Assembly (NCBI RefSeq): GCF_009914755.1
Contig: NC_060930.1
Strand: one strand, 5' to 3'
Length of the DNA: 64,000 nt
Source: the human T2T-CHM13v2.0 reference genome, Homo sapiens
Every line of letters begins with the position of its first letter. The stretch's first letter is position 1. Shown in pieces: positions 44,974-58,400 of the stretch. Below the pieces are notes generated by a model. The model ran no database searches and was not told the origin of the DNA. It was given only the letters and a program-made list of their open reading frames with translations. A program made the position numbers and the translations under genes.

Positions 44974-47900
44974 ATTCTTCATATAAACAAGACAGAAGGA
45001 TTCTCAGAAACTACTTTGTGATATGTGCGTTCAACTCACAGAGTTTAACCTTTCTTTTGATAGAGCACTTTTGAAACCCTCTTTTTGTAGTATTTGCAAG
45101 TGTATATTTAGAGCGCTTTGAGGCCTATTGTAGAAAAGGGAATATGTTCACATAAAAACTAGACAGAAGCATTCTCAGAAACTAATTTTTGAAGTTTGCA
45201 TTCAACTCACAGAGTTGAACATTCCTCTTGATAGAGTAGTTTTGAAACACTCTTTTTGTAGAATCTGATAGTGGATATTTGGACCTCTTTGAGGCTTTCG
45301 TTTGCAAATGGGATTTCTTCATATAAAACTATACAAAAGAATTCGCAGAGACTCCTTTGTGAACTGTGCATTTGTCTCACAGAGTTGAACCTTCCTTTCG
45401 CTAGAGCAGTTTGGAAACGCTCTTTTTGTAGAATTTCCAATTGGATATTTAAAGCGCTTTTCAAAGCCTATGGTAGAAAAGGAAATATCTTCATATAAAA
45501 ACTACACAGAATCATTCTCAGAAGCTACATTATGATGTGTGCGTTCAACTCACAGAGTTTAACCTTTCTTTTGATAGAGCAGTTTTAAAACACTCTTTTT
45601 GTACAATTTGCAATTGTATATTTAGAGCGCTTTGAGGACAACAGTAGAAAAGAAAATATCTTCATATAAAAACTAGACGGAAGCATTCTCAGAAACTACT
45701 TTGTGATGTTTGAATTCAACTCACAGAGTTGAACATTCCTCTTCAGAGAGCAGTTTTGAAACACTCTTTTTGTAGGATTTCGTAGTGAATATTTAGAGCG
45801 CTTGGAGGCCTATGGTAGAAAAGGAAATATCTTCATAGAAAAACTAGACAGAATCATTCACAGAAACTACTTTTTGATGTGTGCGTTCAACTCTCAGAGT
45901 TTCTTTCCTTTGACATAGCAGTTTTGAGACGCTCTTTTTGTAGAATTTGCAAGTGTGTATTTAGAGAGCTTTGAAGCCTATGGTAAGAAAGGAAATATCT
46001 TCACATAAAAACTAGATGGAAGCATGCTCAGAAACTACTATGTGAGGTTTGCATTCAACTCACAGAGTTGAACATTCCTCTTGATAGAGCATTTTTGAAA
46101 CACTCTTTTTGTAGAAACTGCAAGTGGATACTTTTACCTCTTTGAGGCCTTCATTGGAAACGGGAATACTTCATATAAACAAGACAGAAGGATTCCCAGA
46201 GACTACTTTGTGATATGTGCGTTCAACTCACAGAGTTTAACCTTTCTTTTGATAGAGCAATTTTGAAACCCTCTTTTTGTAGAATTTGCAAGTGGATAGT
46301 TAGAGCGCTTTTCAATGCCTGTGGTAGAAAAGGAAATATCTTCATATAAAAAATACACATTATCATTCTCAGAAGCTACTTTGTGATGTGTGCGTTCAAC
46401 TCACAGAGTTTAACATTCCTTTCGATAGAGTAGTTTTGAAACACTCTTTTTGTACAATTTGCATGTGTATACTTAGAGTGCTTTGAGGCCAATGTTTGAA
46501 AGCGAATATCTTCACATAAAAACTAGATACAAGCATTTTCCGAAACTACTTTGTGATGTTTGCATTCAACCCACAGAGTTGGATATTTCTTTTTATAGAG
46601 CAGTTTTGAAACTCTGTTTTCGTAGTGTCTGCAAGAGGACATTTGGGCATCTTTGAGGCGATCGTTGGAAACGGGATTTCTTCATACAAATCTAGAGAGA
46701 GGAATTCACAGAAACTTCTTTGTGATGTGTGCATTGAACTCACAGCGTTGAACATTCCTTTCGATATAGAAGTTTTGAAACACTCTTCATGGAAAAACTA
46801 GACAGAATAATTCTCAGAAACTACTATGTGATATGTGCATTCAACTCATAGAGTTTAACTTTTCTTTTGATAGAGCAGTTTTGAAACGCTCTTTTTGTAC
46901 AATATGCAAGAGTATATTAAGAGTGCATAGAGGCCTATGGTAGAAAACAAAATATCTTCACATAAAAACTAGACAGAAGCATTCTCAGAAACTACTTTGT
47001 GATGTTTGCATTCAACTCACAGAGTTGAACATTCCTCTTGATGGAGTAATTTTGAAACACTCTTTTTGTAGTATCTGCAAGTGGATATTTGGACCACTTT
47101 GAGCTTTTCAATGGAAATGGGATTTCTTCATATAAAACTAGACAGAAGTGTTCGCAGTATCTTCTTTGTGAAGTGTGCATTCATCTCACAGAGTTGAACC
47201 TTCCTTTTGATGGAGCAGTTTTGAAACACTCTTTTTGTAGAATTTCCAAGTGGATATTTAGAGCATTTTGAGGCCTATGGTAGAAAAGGAAATATCTTCA
47301 TAGAAAAACTTGACAGAATCATTCTCAGAAACTGCTTTTTGATGTGTGCGTTCAACACACGGAGTTTAAAATTTTGATAGAGCAGTTTTGAAACACTCTT
47401 TTTGTAGAATTTGCAAGTGTACATTTACAGTGCTTTGAGGCCAACGGTAGAAAAGAAAATATCTTCATATAAAAACTAGACGGAAGCATTCTCAGAAACT
47501 ATTTTGTAAAGTTTGCTTTCAACTCACAGAGTTGAACATTCCTCTTGATAGTGCAGTTCTGAAACACTCTTTTTGTAGAATCTGCAAGTGGATATTTGGA
47601 ATTCTTCAAGGCCTTCATTGGAAACGGGATTTTTTCATATAAAACTAGACAGAAGAATTCTCAGAGACTTCTTTGTGATGTGTGCATTGAACTCACAGTG
47701 TTGAACCTTCCTTTCGATAGAGCAGTTTTGAAACACTCATTTTGTAGAATTTCCAAGTGGATCTTTACAGCACTATGAGGCCTATGGTAGAAAAGAAAAT
47801 ATCTTCATAGAAAAATTAGACAGAATCATTCTCAGAAACTACTATGTGATGTGTGCCTTTAACTCACAGAGTTTCTCATTTCTTTTGATAGAGCAGTTTT

Positions 47901-50501
47901 GAAACACTCTTTTTGTACAATTTGCCAGTGTATATTTAGAGTGCTTTGAGGCCTATGGTAGAAAATGAAATATCTTCACATAAAAACTAGACAGAAGCAT
48001 TCTCAGAAACTACTTTGTGATGTTTGCATTCAGCTCACAGAGTTGAACATTTCTCTTGATAGAGCAGTTTTGGAACCCTCTTTTTGTAGAGTCTGCAAGT
48101 GGATATTTGGACTTCTTTAAGGCCATCGTTGGTAACGGGATTTCTTCATATAAAAAAGACAGAATAATTCAAAGAATCTACTTTGTGATTTGTGGGTTCA
48201 CCTCCCAGAGTTTAAAATTTCTCTTGAGAGAACAGGTTTGAAACACTCTTTCTCTGGAATGTGCAAGTGTATATTTAGTGCGCTTTGAGGCCTATGGTAA
48301 AAAAGGGAATATCTTCACATAAAAACTAGAAGGAAGCGTTCTCGGAAACTACTTTCTGATGTTTGCATTCAACCCACTGAGTTGAATATTCCTCTTGATA
48401 GAGCAGTTTTGAAACACTGTTTTTGTGGAATCTGCAAGAGGACATTTTGACCTCTTTGAGGCCTTCGTTGGAAATGGGAATTATTCATATAAACAAGACA
48501 AAAGAATTCTCAGAAAGTACTTTGTGATGTGTGCGTTTAAGTCAAGAGTTTAATCTTCGTTTCGACAGAGCAGTTTGGAAGCACTCTTTTTGTAGAATTT
48601 GCAAGTGCATATTTAGAGCGCTTTGAGGCCTATGGTAGAAAAGGAAATATCTTCACATAAAAACTAGACGGAAGCATTCTCAGAAACTTGTTTGTGATGT
48701 TTGCATTCAATTCACAGAGTTGAACATTCCTCTTGATAGGGTAGTTTTGAAAAAACTCTTTTTGTACAATCTGCAAGTGCAAATTTGGACCTCTTTGAGG
48801 GTTTTGTTGGAAATGGGATTTCTTCATATAAAACTTGACAGAAGAATTCGCAGAAACTTCTTTGTGAAGTGTGCATTCATCTCACAGAGTTGAACCTTCC
48901 TTTCGATAGAGCTGTTTTCAAACACTCTTTCTGTAGAATTTCCAAGTGGCTATTTAGAGCGTTTTGAGGCCTATGGTAGAAAAAGAAATATCTTCATAGA
49001 AAAACCAGACAGAATCATTCTCAGAAACTACTTATTCATGTGTTTTTTCAACTCACAATATTTAACCTGTCTTTTGATAGAGTAGTTTTGAAACACTCTT
49101 TTTGTAGTATTTGCAAGTGCATATGTGGACCTCTTTGAAGCTTTCGTTTTAAAAGGGATTTCTTCATACAAAACTAGACAGAAGAATTCTGAGAAACTTC
49201 TTTGTGATGTGTGCATTGAACTCACAGAATTGAACCTTCCTTTCCATAGATCAGTATTGAAAAACTCTTTTTGTGGAATTTCCAAATGGATATTTAGAGC
49301 GCTTTGGGGTGTACGGTAGAAAAGGAAATATCTTCATAAAACAACTGGAAAGAATCTTTCTCAGAAACTGCTATGTGATGTGTGCATTCAACTCACAGCG
49401 TTTAACCTTTCTTTTGATAGAGCAGTTTTGAAACACTCTTTTTGTAGAATTTTCATGTGTATATTTAGAGTGTTTTGAGGCCTATTGTAGGAAAGGAAAT
49501 ATCTTCACATAAATCTAGACAGAAGCATTCTCAGAAACTACTTTGTGATGTTTGCATTAAACTCACAGTTTTCAACATTCCTCTTCATAGAGCAGTTTTG
49601 AAACACTGTTTTTGTGGAATCTGCAAGTGGACATTTGGACCTCTTTGAGGCCTTCTTTGGAAATGAGAATTCTTCATATAAACAAGACAGAAGAATTCTC
49701 AGAAACTACTTTGTGATGTGTGAGATCAACTCACAGAGTTTAACCTTCGTTTCGATAGAGTAGTTTGGAAACACTCTTTTTGTAGAATTTTCAAGTGTAA
49801 ATTTAGAGCGCTTGGAGGTCTATGGTAGAAAAGGAAATATATTCACATAGAAACTGGAATGAAGCGTTCTCGGAAACTACTTTGTGATATTTGCATTCAG
49901 CTCACAGAGTTGAAAAGACCTCTTGATAGCGTAGTTTTGAAAGACTCTTTTTGTACAATCTGCAAGTGGATATTTGGACCTCTTTGAGGGTTTCGTTGGA
50001 AAGGGGATTTCATCATATAAAACTAGACAGAAGAATTCACAGAAACTTGTTTGAGAAGTGTGAATTCATCTCACAGAGTTGAACATTCCTTTCGATAAAG
50101 CAGTTTTGAAACACTCTTTTTGTAGAATTTCCAAGTGGATATTTGAAGCTTTTTGAGGCCTATGGTAGAAGAGGAAATATCTTCATGGAAAAACCAGACA
50201 GAATCTTTCTCAGAATCTACTATTTGATGTGTGCGTTCAACTCAAAGATTTTAACATTTCTGTTGATAGAGCAGTTTTGAAACACTCTTTTTGTACAATT
50301 TGCAAGTGCATATTAAGATTGGTTTGAGGCCTATGGTAGAAAAGGAAATATCTTCACAGAAAAACTAGACAGAGGCATTCTCAGAAACTATTTTGTGATA
50401 TTTGCATTCAACTCGCAGAGTTGAACTTTCCTCTTGATAGAGCAGTATTGAAAAACAATTTTTGAAGAATCTGCAGGTGAATATTTGGACTGCTTTGAGG
50501 C

Positions 50502-50518
50502 CTTCGTTGGACACGGGA
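50502..50518 (+). promoter_or_regulatory. CENP-B box, core intact
   Basis: cttcgttggacacggga fits the core motif. Confidence 0.85.
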
Positions 50519-53500
50519 TTTCTTCATCTAAACAAGACAGAAGAATTCTCAGATACTACTTTGTGATGTGTTCGTTCAACTGACAGGGTTTAAACTTTCT
50601 GTTGATAGAGCAGCTTTGAAACACTCTTATTGTGGAATTTGCAAGTGTATATTTAGAGCGGTTTCAGCCCTATGGTAAAAAAGGAAATATCTTTAAATAA
50701 AAACTAGATGGAAGCATTCTCAGAAACTAATTTTTGATGCTTGCATTCAACTCACAGAGTTGAACATTCCACTTGATAAAGCAGTTTTGAAACACTCTTT
50801 TTGTGGAATCTGCAAGTGGATATTTGGACCTCTTTGAGGCCTTCGTTGGAAATGGGAATTCTTCATATAAACAAGAAAGAAGAATTCTCAGAAACTGCTT
50901 TGTGATGTGAGCATTCAACTTACCGAGTTTAACATTCCTTTCCATTGAGTAGTTTTGAAACATTCTTTTTGTAGAATTTACAAGAGCATATTTAGAGAGC
51001 TTTGAGGCCTACAGTAGAAAAGGAAATATATTCCCATGAAAACTAGACAGAAGCATTCTCAGAAACTATTTTGGGATGATTGCATTCAACTCACGGAGTT
51101 GAACATTCCTCTTGATAGAGCAGTATTGAAACACAATTTTTGAAGAATCTGCAGGTGACTATTTGGACCACTTTGAGGCCTTCGTTGGAGATGGGATTTC
51201 TTCATATAAACAAGACAGAAGAATTCTCAGATACTACTTTGTGATGTGTTGGTTCAACTGACAGGGTTTCAACTTTCTGTTGATAGAGCAGCTTTGAAAC
51301 ACTCTTTTTGTGGAATTTGCAAGTGTATATTTAGCACGCTTTGAGGCCTATGGTAGAAAAGGAAATACCTTCACATAAAAACTAAATGGAAGCATTCTCA
51401 GAAACTAATTTGTGGTGCTAGCATTCACCTCACAGAGTTGAACATTCTTCTTGATAAAGCTGTTTTGAAACACTCTTTTTGTGGAATCTGCAAGTGGATA
51501 TTTGGACCTCTTTGAGGCCTTCGTTGGAAATGGGAATTCTTCATGTAAACAAGAAAGAAGAATTCTCAGAAACTGCTTTGTGATGTGAGCGTTCAACTCA
51601 CCTAGTTTAACATTCCTTTCTATTGAGCAATTTTGAAAAACTCTTTTTGTAGAATTTGCAAGTGTATATCTAGAGTGCTTTGAGACCTATGGTAGAAAAG
51701 GAAATATATTCCCGTAAAAACTAGACAGAAGCATTCTCAGAAACTACTCTGTGATGTTTGCATTCAACTCACAGAGTTTAGCCTTTCATTTGATAGAGCA
51801 GTTTTGAAACACTCTTTTTGTACAATATGCATGTGTATATTTAGTGTGCTTTGAGACCTATGTTTGAGAGTTAATGTCTTCACATAAAAACTAGACAGAA
51901 GCATTCTCAGAAACTAATTTGTGATATCTTCATTCAGCTCACAGAGTTGAACATTCCTCTTGATAGACCAGTTTTGAAGCACTCTTTTGGAAGTGGTGCA
52001 AGTGGATATTTGGGCATCTTTGAGGCCTTCGTTGGAAGCGCCATTTCTTCATACAAAACTAGAGAGAAGAATTCTCGGAAACTTCTTGGTGATGTGTGCA
52101 TTGAACTCAAAGAGTTGAACCTTCCTTTCAATAGAGCAGTTTTGAAATACTCTTTTTATAGAATTTCCAAGTGGATATTTAGAGCGTTTTGAGGCTTATT
52201 GTGGAAAAGGAATTCCTTCACAGAAAAACTAGACAGAATCATTCTCAGAAACCACTTTTTGATGTGTGGGTTCAACTCGCAGACTTTAACCTTTCTTTTG
52301 ATAGAGCAGTTTTGAAACAGTCTTTTTGTAGAATTTGCAGGTGTATATTTAGAGTGCTTTGAGGTCAAAAGTAGAAACGGAATTATCTTCATATAAAAAC
52401 TAGAGAGAAGCCTTCTCAGAAACTACTTGTGATGTTTGCATTCAACTCACAGAGTTGAACATTTCTCTTGATAGAGCAGTTTTGAAACACTCTTTTTGTA
52501 GAATCTGCAAGTGGATATTTGGACCTCTTTGAGACCATCGTTGGTAACGGGATTTCTTCATGTAAAAAAGACAGAAAAAGTCAAAGATACTACTTTGTGT
52601 TTTGTGCGTTCACCTCCCATAGTTTAAAATTTCTGATGATAGAGCAGCTTTGAAACACTCTTTTTCTGAAGTTTGCAAGTGTATATTTAGTGTGCTTTGA
52701 GGCCTATGGTAAAAAACGGTATACCTTCACATAAAAATTTGAGGGAAGCATTCTCAGAAACCACTTTGTGATGTTTGCATTCAACCCACAGAGTTGAATA
52801 TTCCTCTTGATAGAGCAGTTTTGAAACACTGTATTTGTTTAATCTGCAAATGGACATTTGGACCTCTTTGAGGCCTTCGTTGGAAATGGGAGTTCTTCAT
52901 ATGAAACTTGACAGAAGAATTCTCAGTAACTTTTTTGTGATGTGTGCATTCAACACAGTGAGTTGATCCCTCCTTTCGATAGAGCAGTTCTGAAATACTC
53001 TTTTTGCAGAATTTCCAAGTGGATGTTTAGAGCGGTTCAAGGCCTATGCTAGAAAAGGAAATATCTTTATAGAAAAACTAGACAGAATGATTCTCAGAAA
53101 CTTGTTTGTGATGTGTGCATTCAGCTTAGAGGGTTTAACCTTTCTTTTGATAGAGCAGTTTGGAAACACTCTTTTTGTAAAATTTGCAAGTGTATATTTA
53201 GAGCGCTTTGAGGCCTATAGTGGAAAAGGAAATATCTTCATATAAAAACTAGACCGAAACATTCTCAGAAACTAGTTTGAGATGTTTGCATTCAATTCAC
53301 AGAAATGAACCTTCCTCTTGATAGGGTAGTTTTGAAAAATTCTTTTTGTAACATCTGCAAGTGCAAATTTGGACCTCTTTGAGGGTTTTGTTGGAAATGG
53401 GATTTCTTCATATAAAACTTGAGAGAAGAATTGGCAGAAAATTCTTTGTGAAGTGTGCATTCATCTCACAGAGTTGAAACTTCCTTTGATAGAGCAGTTT

Positions 53501-55415
53501 TGAAACACTCTTTTTGTAGAATTTCCAAGTGGATATTTAGAGCGTTTTGAGGCCTCTGGTAGAAAAAGAATTATCTTCATAGCAAAACTAGACAGAATCA
53601 TTCTCAGAAACTTCTTTTTGATGTGTGGTTTCAACTCACAGTGTTTAACCTTTTTTTTGATAGAGTAGTTTTGAAACAGTCTTTTTGTAGAATTTGCAGG
53701 TGTATATTTAGAGTGCTTTGAGGCCAACGGTAGAAACGGAAGTATCTTCATTTTAAAAATAGACGGAAGCTTTCTCAGAAACTCCTTTTGATGTTTGCAT
53801 TCAACTCACAGAGTGGAACATTTCTCTTGATAGAGCAGTTTTGAAACCCTCTTCTTGTAGAATCTGCAAGTGGATATTTGGACCTCTTTGAAGCCATCGT
53901 TGGTAACGGGATTTCTTCATATAAAAAAGACAGAAGAATTCAAAGAAACTACTTTGTGTTTTGTGCGTTCAACTCACAGAGTTTACACTTTCTCTTGAGA
54001 GAGCAGCTTTGAAACACTCTTTTTCTGGATTTTGCAGGTGTATATTTAGTGCGCTTTGAGGCCTATGGTAAAAAAGGAAATATCTTCACATAAATACTAC
54101 ATGGAAACATTCTCAGAAACTACTTTGTGATGTTTGCATTCAACTCACAGAGATGAACATTCCTCTTGATAGAGCAGTTTTGAAACACTGTTTTTGTGGA
54201 ATCTGCAAGAGGACATTTGGACCTCTTTGAGGCCTTCGTTGGAAATGGGCATTCTTCATATAAACAGAAGAATTCTCAGAAACTACTTTGTGATGTGTGC
54301 ATTCAACTCACAGAGTTTAGCCTTCCTTTCGATAGAGCAGTTTTGAAACACTCTTTTTGTAGTTTTTACAAGTGGATAATTAGAGCGTTTTGTGGACTAT
54401 GGTAGAAAAGGCAATGTCTTCATAGAAAAACTAGACAGAATCATTCTGAGAAACTACTTTTTAATGTGTCGTTTCAACTCACTATGTTTAACCTTTCTTT
54501 TGATAGAGTAGTTTTGAAACACTTTTTGTAGAATTTGCAAGTGTATATATAGGGTGCTTTGAGGCCAACGGTAGAAAAGGAAATATCTTCATATAAAAAC
54601 TAGACGGAAGCATTCTCAGAAACTACTTGTGATGTTTGCATTCAAGTCACAAAGTTGAACATTCCTCTTGATAGAGCAGTTTTCAAACATTCTTTTTGTA
54701 GAATCTGCAAGTGGATATTTGGACCTGTTTGATGCCTTCATTTTAAAAGTGATTTCTTCATATAAAACTAGACAGAAGAATCCTCAGAAACTTCTTTTTG
54801 ATGTGTGCATTGACCTTAGAGAATTGAACCTTCCTTTCGATAGATAAGTATTGAAAAACTCTTCTTGTAGAATTTCCAAGTGGACATTTAGAGCCTTTGA
54901 GTCCGACGGTAGAAAAGGAAATATCTTCATAGAACAACTGGAAAGAATCTTTCTCTGAAACTACTGTGTGGTGTGTGCGTTCAACACACAGAGTTTAACC
55001 TATGTTTTGATAGTGCAGTTTTGAAACACTCTTCTTTTAGAATTTCCAAGTGGGTATTTGGAGCTTTTTGAGGCCTGTGGTAGAGGCGGAAATATCTTCA
55101 TAGAAAAACTAGACAGAATCATTCTCAGAAATTACTTTTTGATGTGTGCATTCAACTCACAGAATTTAACTTTTCTGTTGATAGAGCAGTTTTGAAACAC
55201 TCTTTTTGTAGAGTTTGCAAGTGTATATTAAGAGTGCTTTGAGGCCTATGGTAGAAAAGGAAATATCTTCACATAAAAACTAGACAGAAGCATTCTCAAA
55301 ACTACTTTGTGACTTTTGCATTCAACTCACAAAGTTGAGCATTCCTCTTGATAGAGCAGTAGTGAAACACAATTTTTGAAGAATCTGCAAGTGAAAATTT
55401 GGACCGCTTTGAGGC

Positions 55416-55432
55416 CTTCGTTGGAAACGGGA
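55416..55432 (+). promoter_or_regulatory. CENP-B box, perfect
   Basis: cttcgttggaaacggga. Confidence 0.92.
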
Positions 55433-58400
55433 TTTCTTCATATAAACAAGACAGAAGAATTCTCACATACTACTTTGTGATGTTTGCGTTCAACTGACAG
55501 AGTTTAAACTTTCTGTTGATAGAGCAGCTTTGAAACACTCTTTTTGTGGAATTTGCAAGTGTATATTTAGAGCGCTTTGAGCCCTATGGTAGAAAAGGAA
55601 ATATATTCACATAAAAACTAGACAGAAGCATTCCCAGAAACTACTTTTTGATGTTTGCATTCAACTCACAGAGTTTAGCCTTTCATTTGATAGAGCAGTT
55701 TTGAAATGCTCTTCTTGTACAATTTGCATGTGTATGTTTAGAATGCTTTGAGGCCTGTGTTTGAAAGACAATATATTCACATAAAAATTTGACAGAAGTT
55801 TTCTGATAAACTACATTTTGATGTTTGCATTCAACTCACAGAGTTGAACATTCCTCTTGATAGAGCAGTTTTGAAACACTCTTTTGGACGGTCTGCAAGT
55901 AGATATTTGTGCATATTTGTGGCCTTTGTTGGAAATGGGAATTCTTCATACAAAACTAGAGAGAAGAATTCTCAGGAATTTCTTTGTGTTGTGTGCATTG
56001 AACTCACAGAGTTGAACCTTCCTTTCTATACAGCAGTTTTGAATCACTCTTTTTGTAGAATTTCCAAGTGGATATTTAGAGCGATTTGAGTCCTATTGTG
56101 GAAAAGGAAATACCTTCATAGAAAAAGTACACAGAATCATTCTCGGAAACTACTTTTTGATGTGTGGCTTCAAATCAGAAGGTTTAACGTTTTTTTTGAT
56201 AGAGTAGTTTTGAAACAGTCTTTTTGTAGAATTTGCAGGTGTATATTTAGAGTGCCTTGAGACCAACGGTAGAAACAGAATTATCTTCATATGAAAACTA
56301 GACGGAAGCATTCTCAGAAACTACTTGTGATGTTTGCATTCAACTCACAGAGTTGAACATTTCTCTTGATAGAGCAGTTTTGAAACACTCTTTTTTTAGA
56401 ATCTGCAAGTGAATATTTGGACCTCTTTGAGGCCATTTTTGGTAACGGGATTTCTTCATATAAAAAAGACAGAAGAATTCAAAGAAACTGCTTTGTGATT
56501 TGTATGTTCACCTCACAGAATTTAAACTTTGCGTTGATACAGCAGCTTTCAAACACTCTTTTTCTGGAATTTGCCAGTGCACATTTAGTGTGCTTTGAGG
56601 CATATGGTAAAAAAGGAAATATCTTCACATGAAAACTAGGTGGAAGCATTCTCAGAAACTACTTTGTGATGTTTGCATTCGGCACAAACAGTTGAACATT
56701 TCTCTTGATAGAGTAGTTTTGAAACACTCTTTTTGTAGAATCTGCAAGTGGATATTTGGACCTCTTTATGGCCTTCGTTTGGAACGTGATTTCTTCATAT
56801 AAAACTAGACAGAAGAATTCTCAGAAACTTCTTGGTGATGTGTGTTTTCAACTCACAGAGTTGAACCTTCCTTTAGTTAGAGCAGTGTTGAGAGTCTCTT
56901 TTGCAGAATTTCGAAGTGAATATTTAGTGCCATTTGAGGCCCATGGGAGAAAAGGTAATATCTTCATAGAAAAACTAGACAGAATGATTCTAAGAAAGTA
57001 CTTTGTGATGTGCACGTTAAACTCAGAGTTTATCGTTTCTTTTGATATAGCAGATTTGAAATACTCTTTTTGTAGAATCTGCAAGTGTGTATTTGGACTT
57101 TCTGAGGCCTTCGTTGGAAAGGAGATTTCTTCATACGAAACTAGTCAGAAGAATTATCAGAAACTTCTTTGTGATGTGTGCATTCAATTCACAGAATTGA
57201 ACCTTCCTTTCAATAGAGCAGTTTCGAAATATTCTTTTTGCAGGATTTCCGAGTGGATATTTAGAGCCTTTCGAGGCCAATGGGAGAAAAGGAAATATCT
57301 TCACAGAAAAACTGGACGGAATCATTCTCAGAAACTCCTTTGAGATGTGTGCATTCAGCTTACAGAGTTCATCTTTTCTTTTGATAGAGCAGTTTTGAAA
57401 CACTATTTTTGTGGAATTCGCAAGTGTATATTTAGAGCGCTTTGAGGCAAACGGTAGAAAAGGTAATATCTTCACATAAAAAGTAGACAGAAGCATTGTC
57501 AGAAACAATTTTGTGATATTTGCCTTCAACTCACAGAGTTTAACATTCCTATTGATTGAGCAGTTTTCATACACTCTTTTTATAGAATCTGCAAGGTGAT
57601 ATTTGGACCTATTTGTGGCCTTCGTTTGAAACGTGATTTCTGCATATAAAACCAGAGAGAAGATTTTTCAGAAGCTTCTTTCCGATGAGTGCTTCCAGCT
57701 CACGGAGTTGAACCTTGCTTTCGATAGAGCAGTTTTGAGACTCTTTTTTTTGTAGAATTTCCAAGTGGATATATGGCGCCGTTTGAGGCCTATGGTAGAA
57801 AAGGCAATATCTTCATAGAAAAACTAGACAGAATGATTCTCAGATACTACGTTGTGATGTGTGTGTTGAACTCACAGAGTTTATCCTTTCTTTTTATAGA
57901 GCAGTTTTGGAACACTCTTTTTGTAGAATCTGCAAGTGAATATTTGGCCTTTTTTGAGGCCTTTGTTGGAAACGGGATTTTTTCATGTAAAACTAGACAG
58001 TAGAATTCTCAGAAACTTCTTTGTGATGTGTGCATTCAACTCACAGAGTTGAACCTTCCTTTCCATAGAGCAGTTTTGAAGTACTCTTTTTGTAGAATTT
58101 CCAAGTGCATATTTGGAACCATTCATGGCCTATGGTAGAAAAGGAAATATCTTCATAGAAAAACCAGACAGAATCATTCTCAGAAACTACTTTGTGAGGC
58201 GTGAATTCAGCTTCCAGAGTTTAACCTTTCTTTTGATAGAGCAGTTTTGAAACACTCTTTTTCTTGAATTTGCATGTGTATATTTAGAACGCTTTGAGGC
58301 CTACGGTAGAAAAGGAAATATCTTCACATAAATACTGGACAGAAGCACTGTCAGAAACTATTTTGTGATATTTGCATTGAACTCAAAGAGTTGAACATTC

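Larger units (their letters stand above)
41761..56700 (+). repeat. Alpha-satellite block of a different subtype (irregular, partly 4-mer order)
   Basis: gaagcattctcag...gatgtttgc largely replaces gaagcattgtcag...gatatttgc. The markers cattcagctt, agcgccg and gcggttcg are nearly absent, and new markers appear (taaacaagacag, actagacggaagc, ggtaacggg, cattgaactc). Boundaries are approximate to within about one monomer. Confidence 0.8.
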
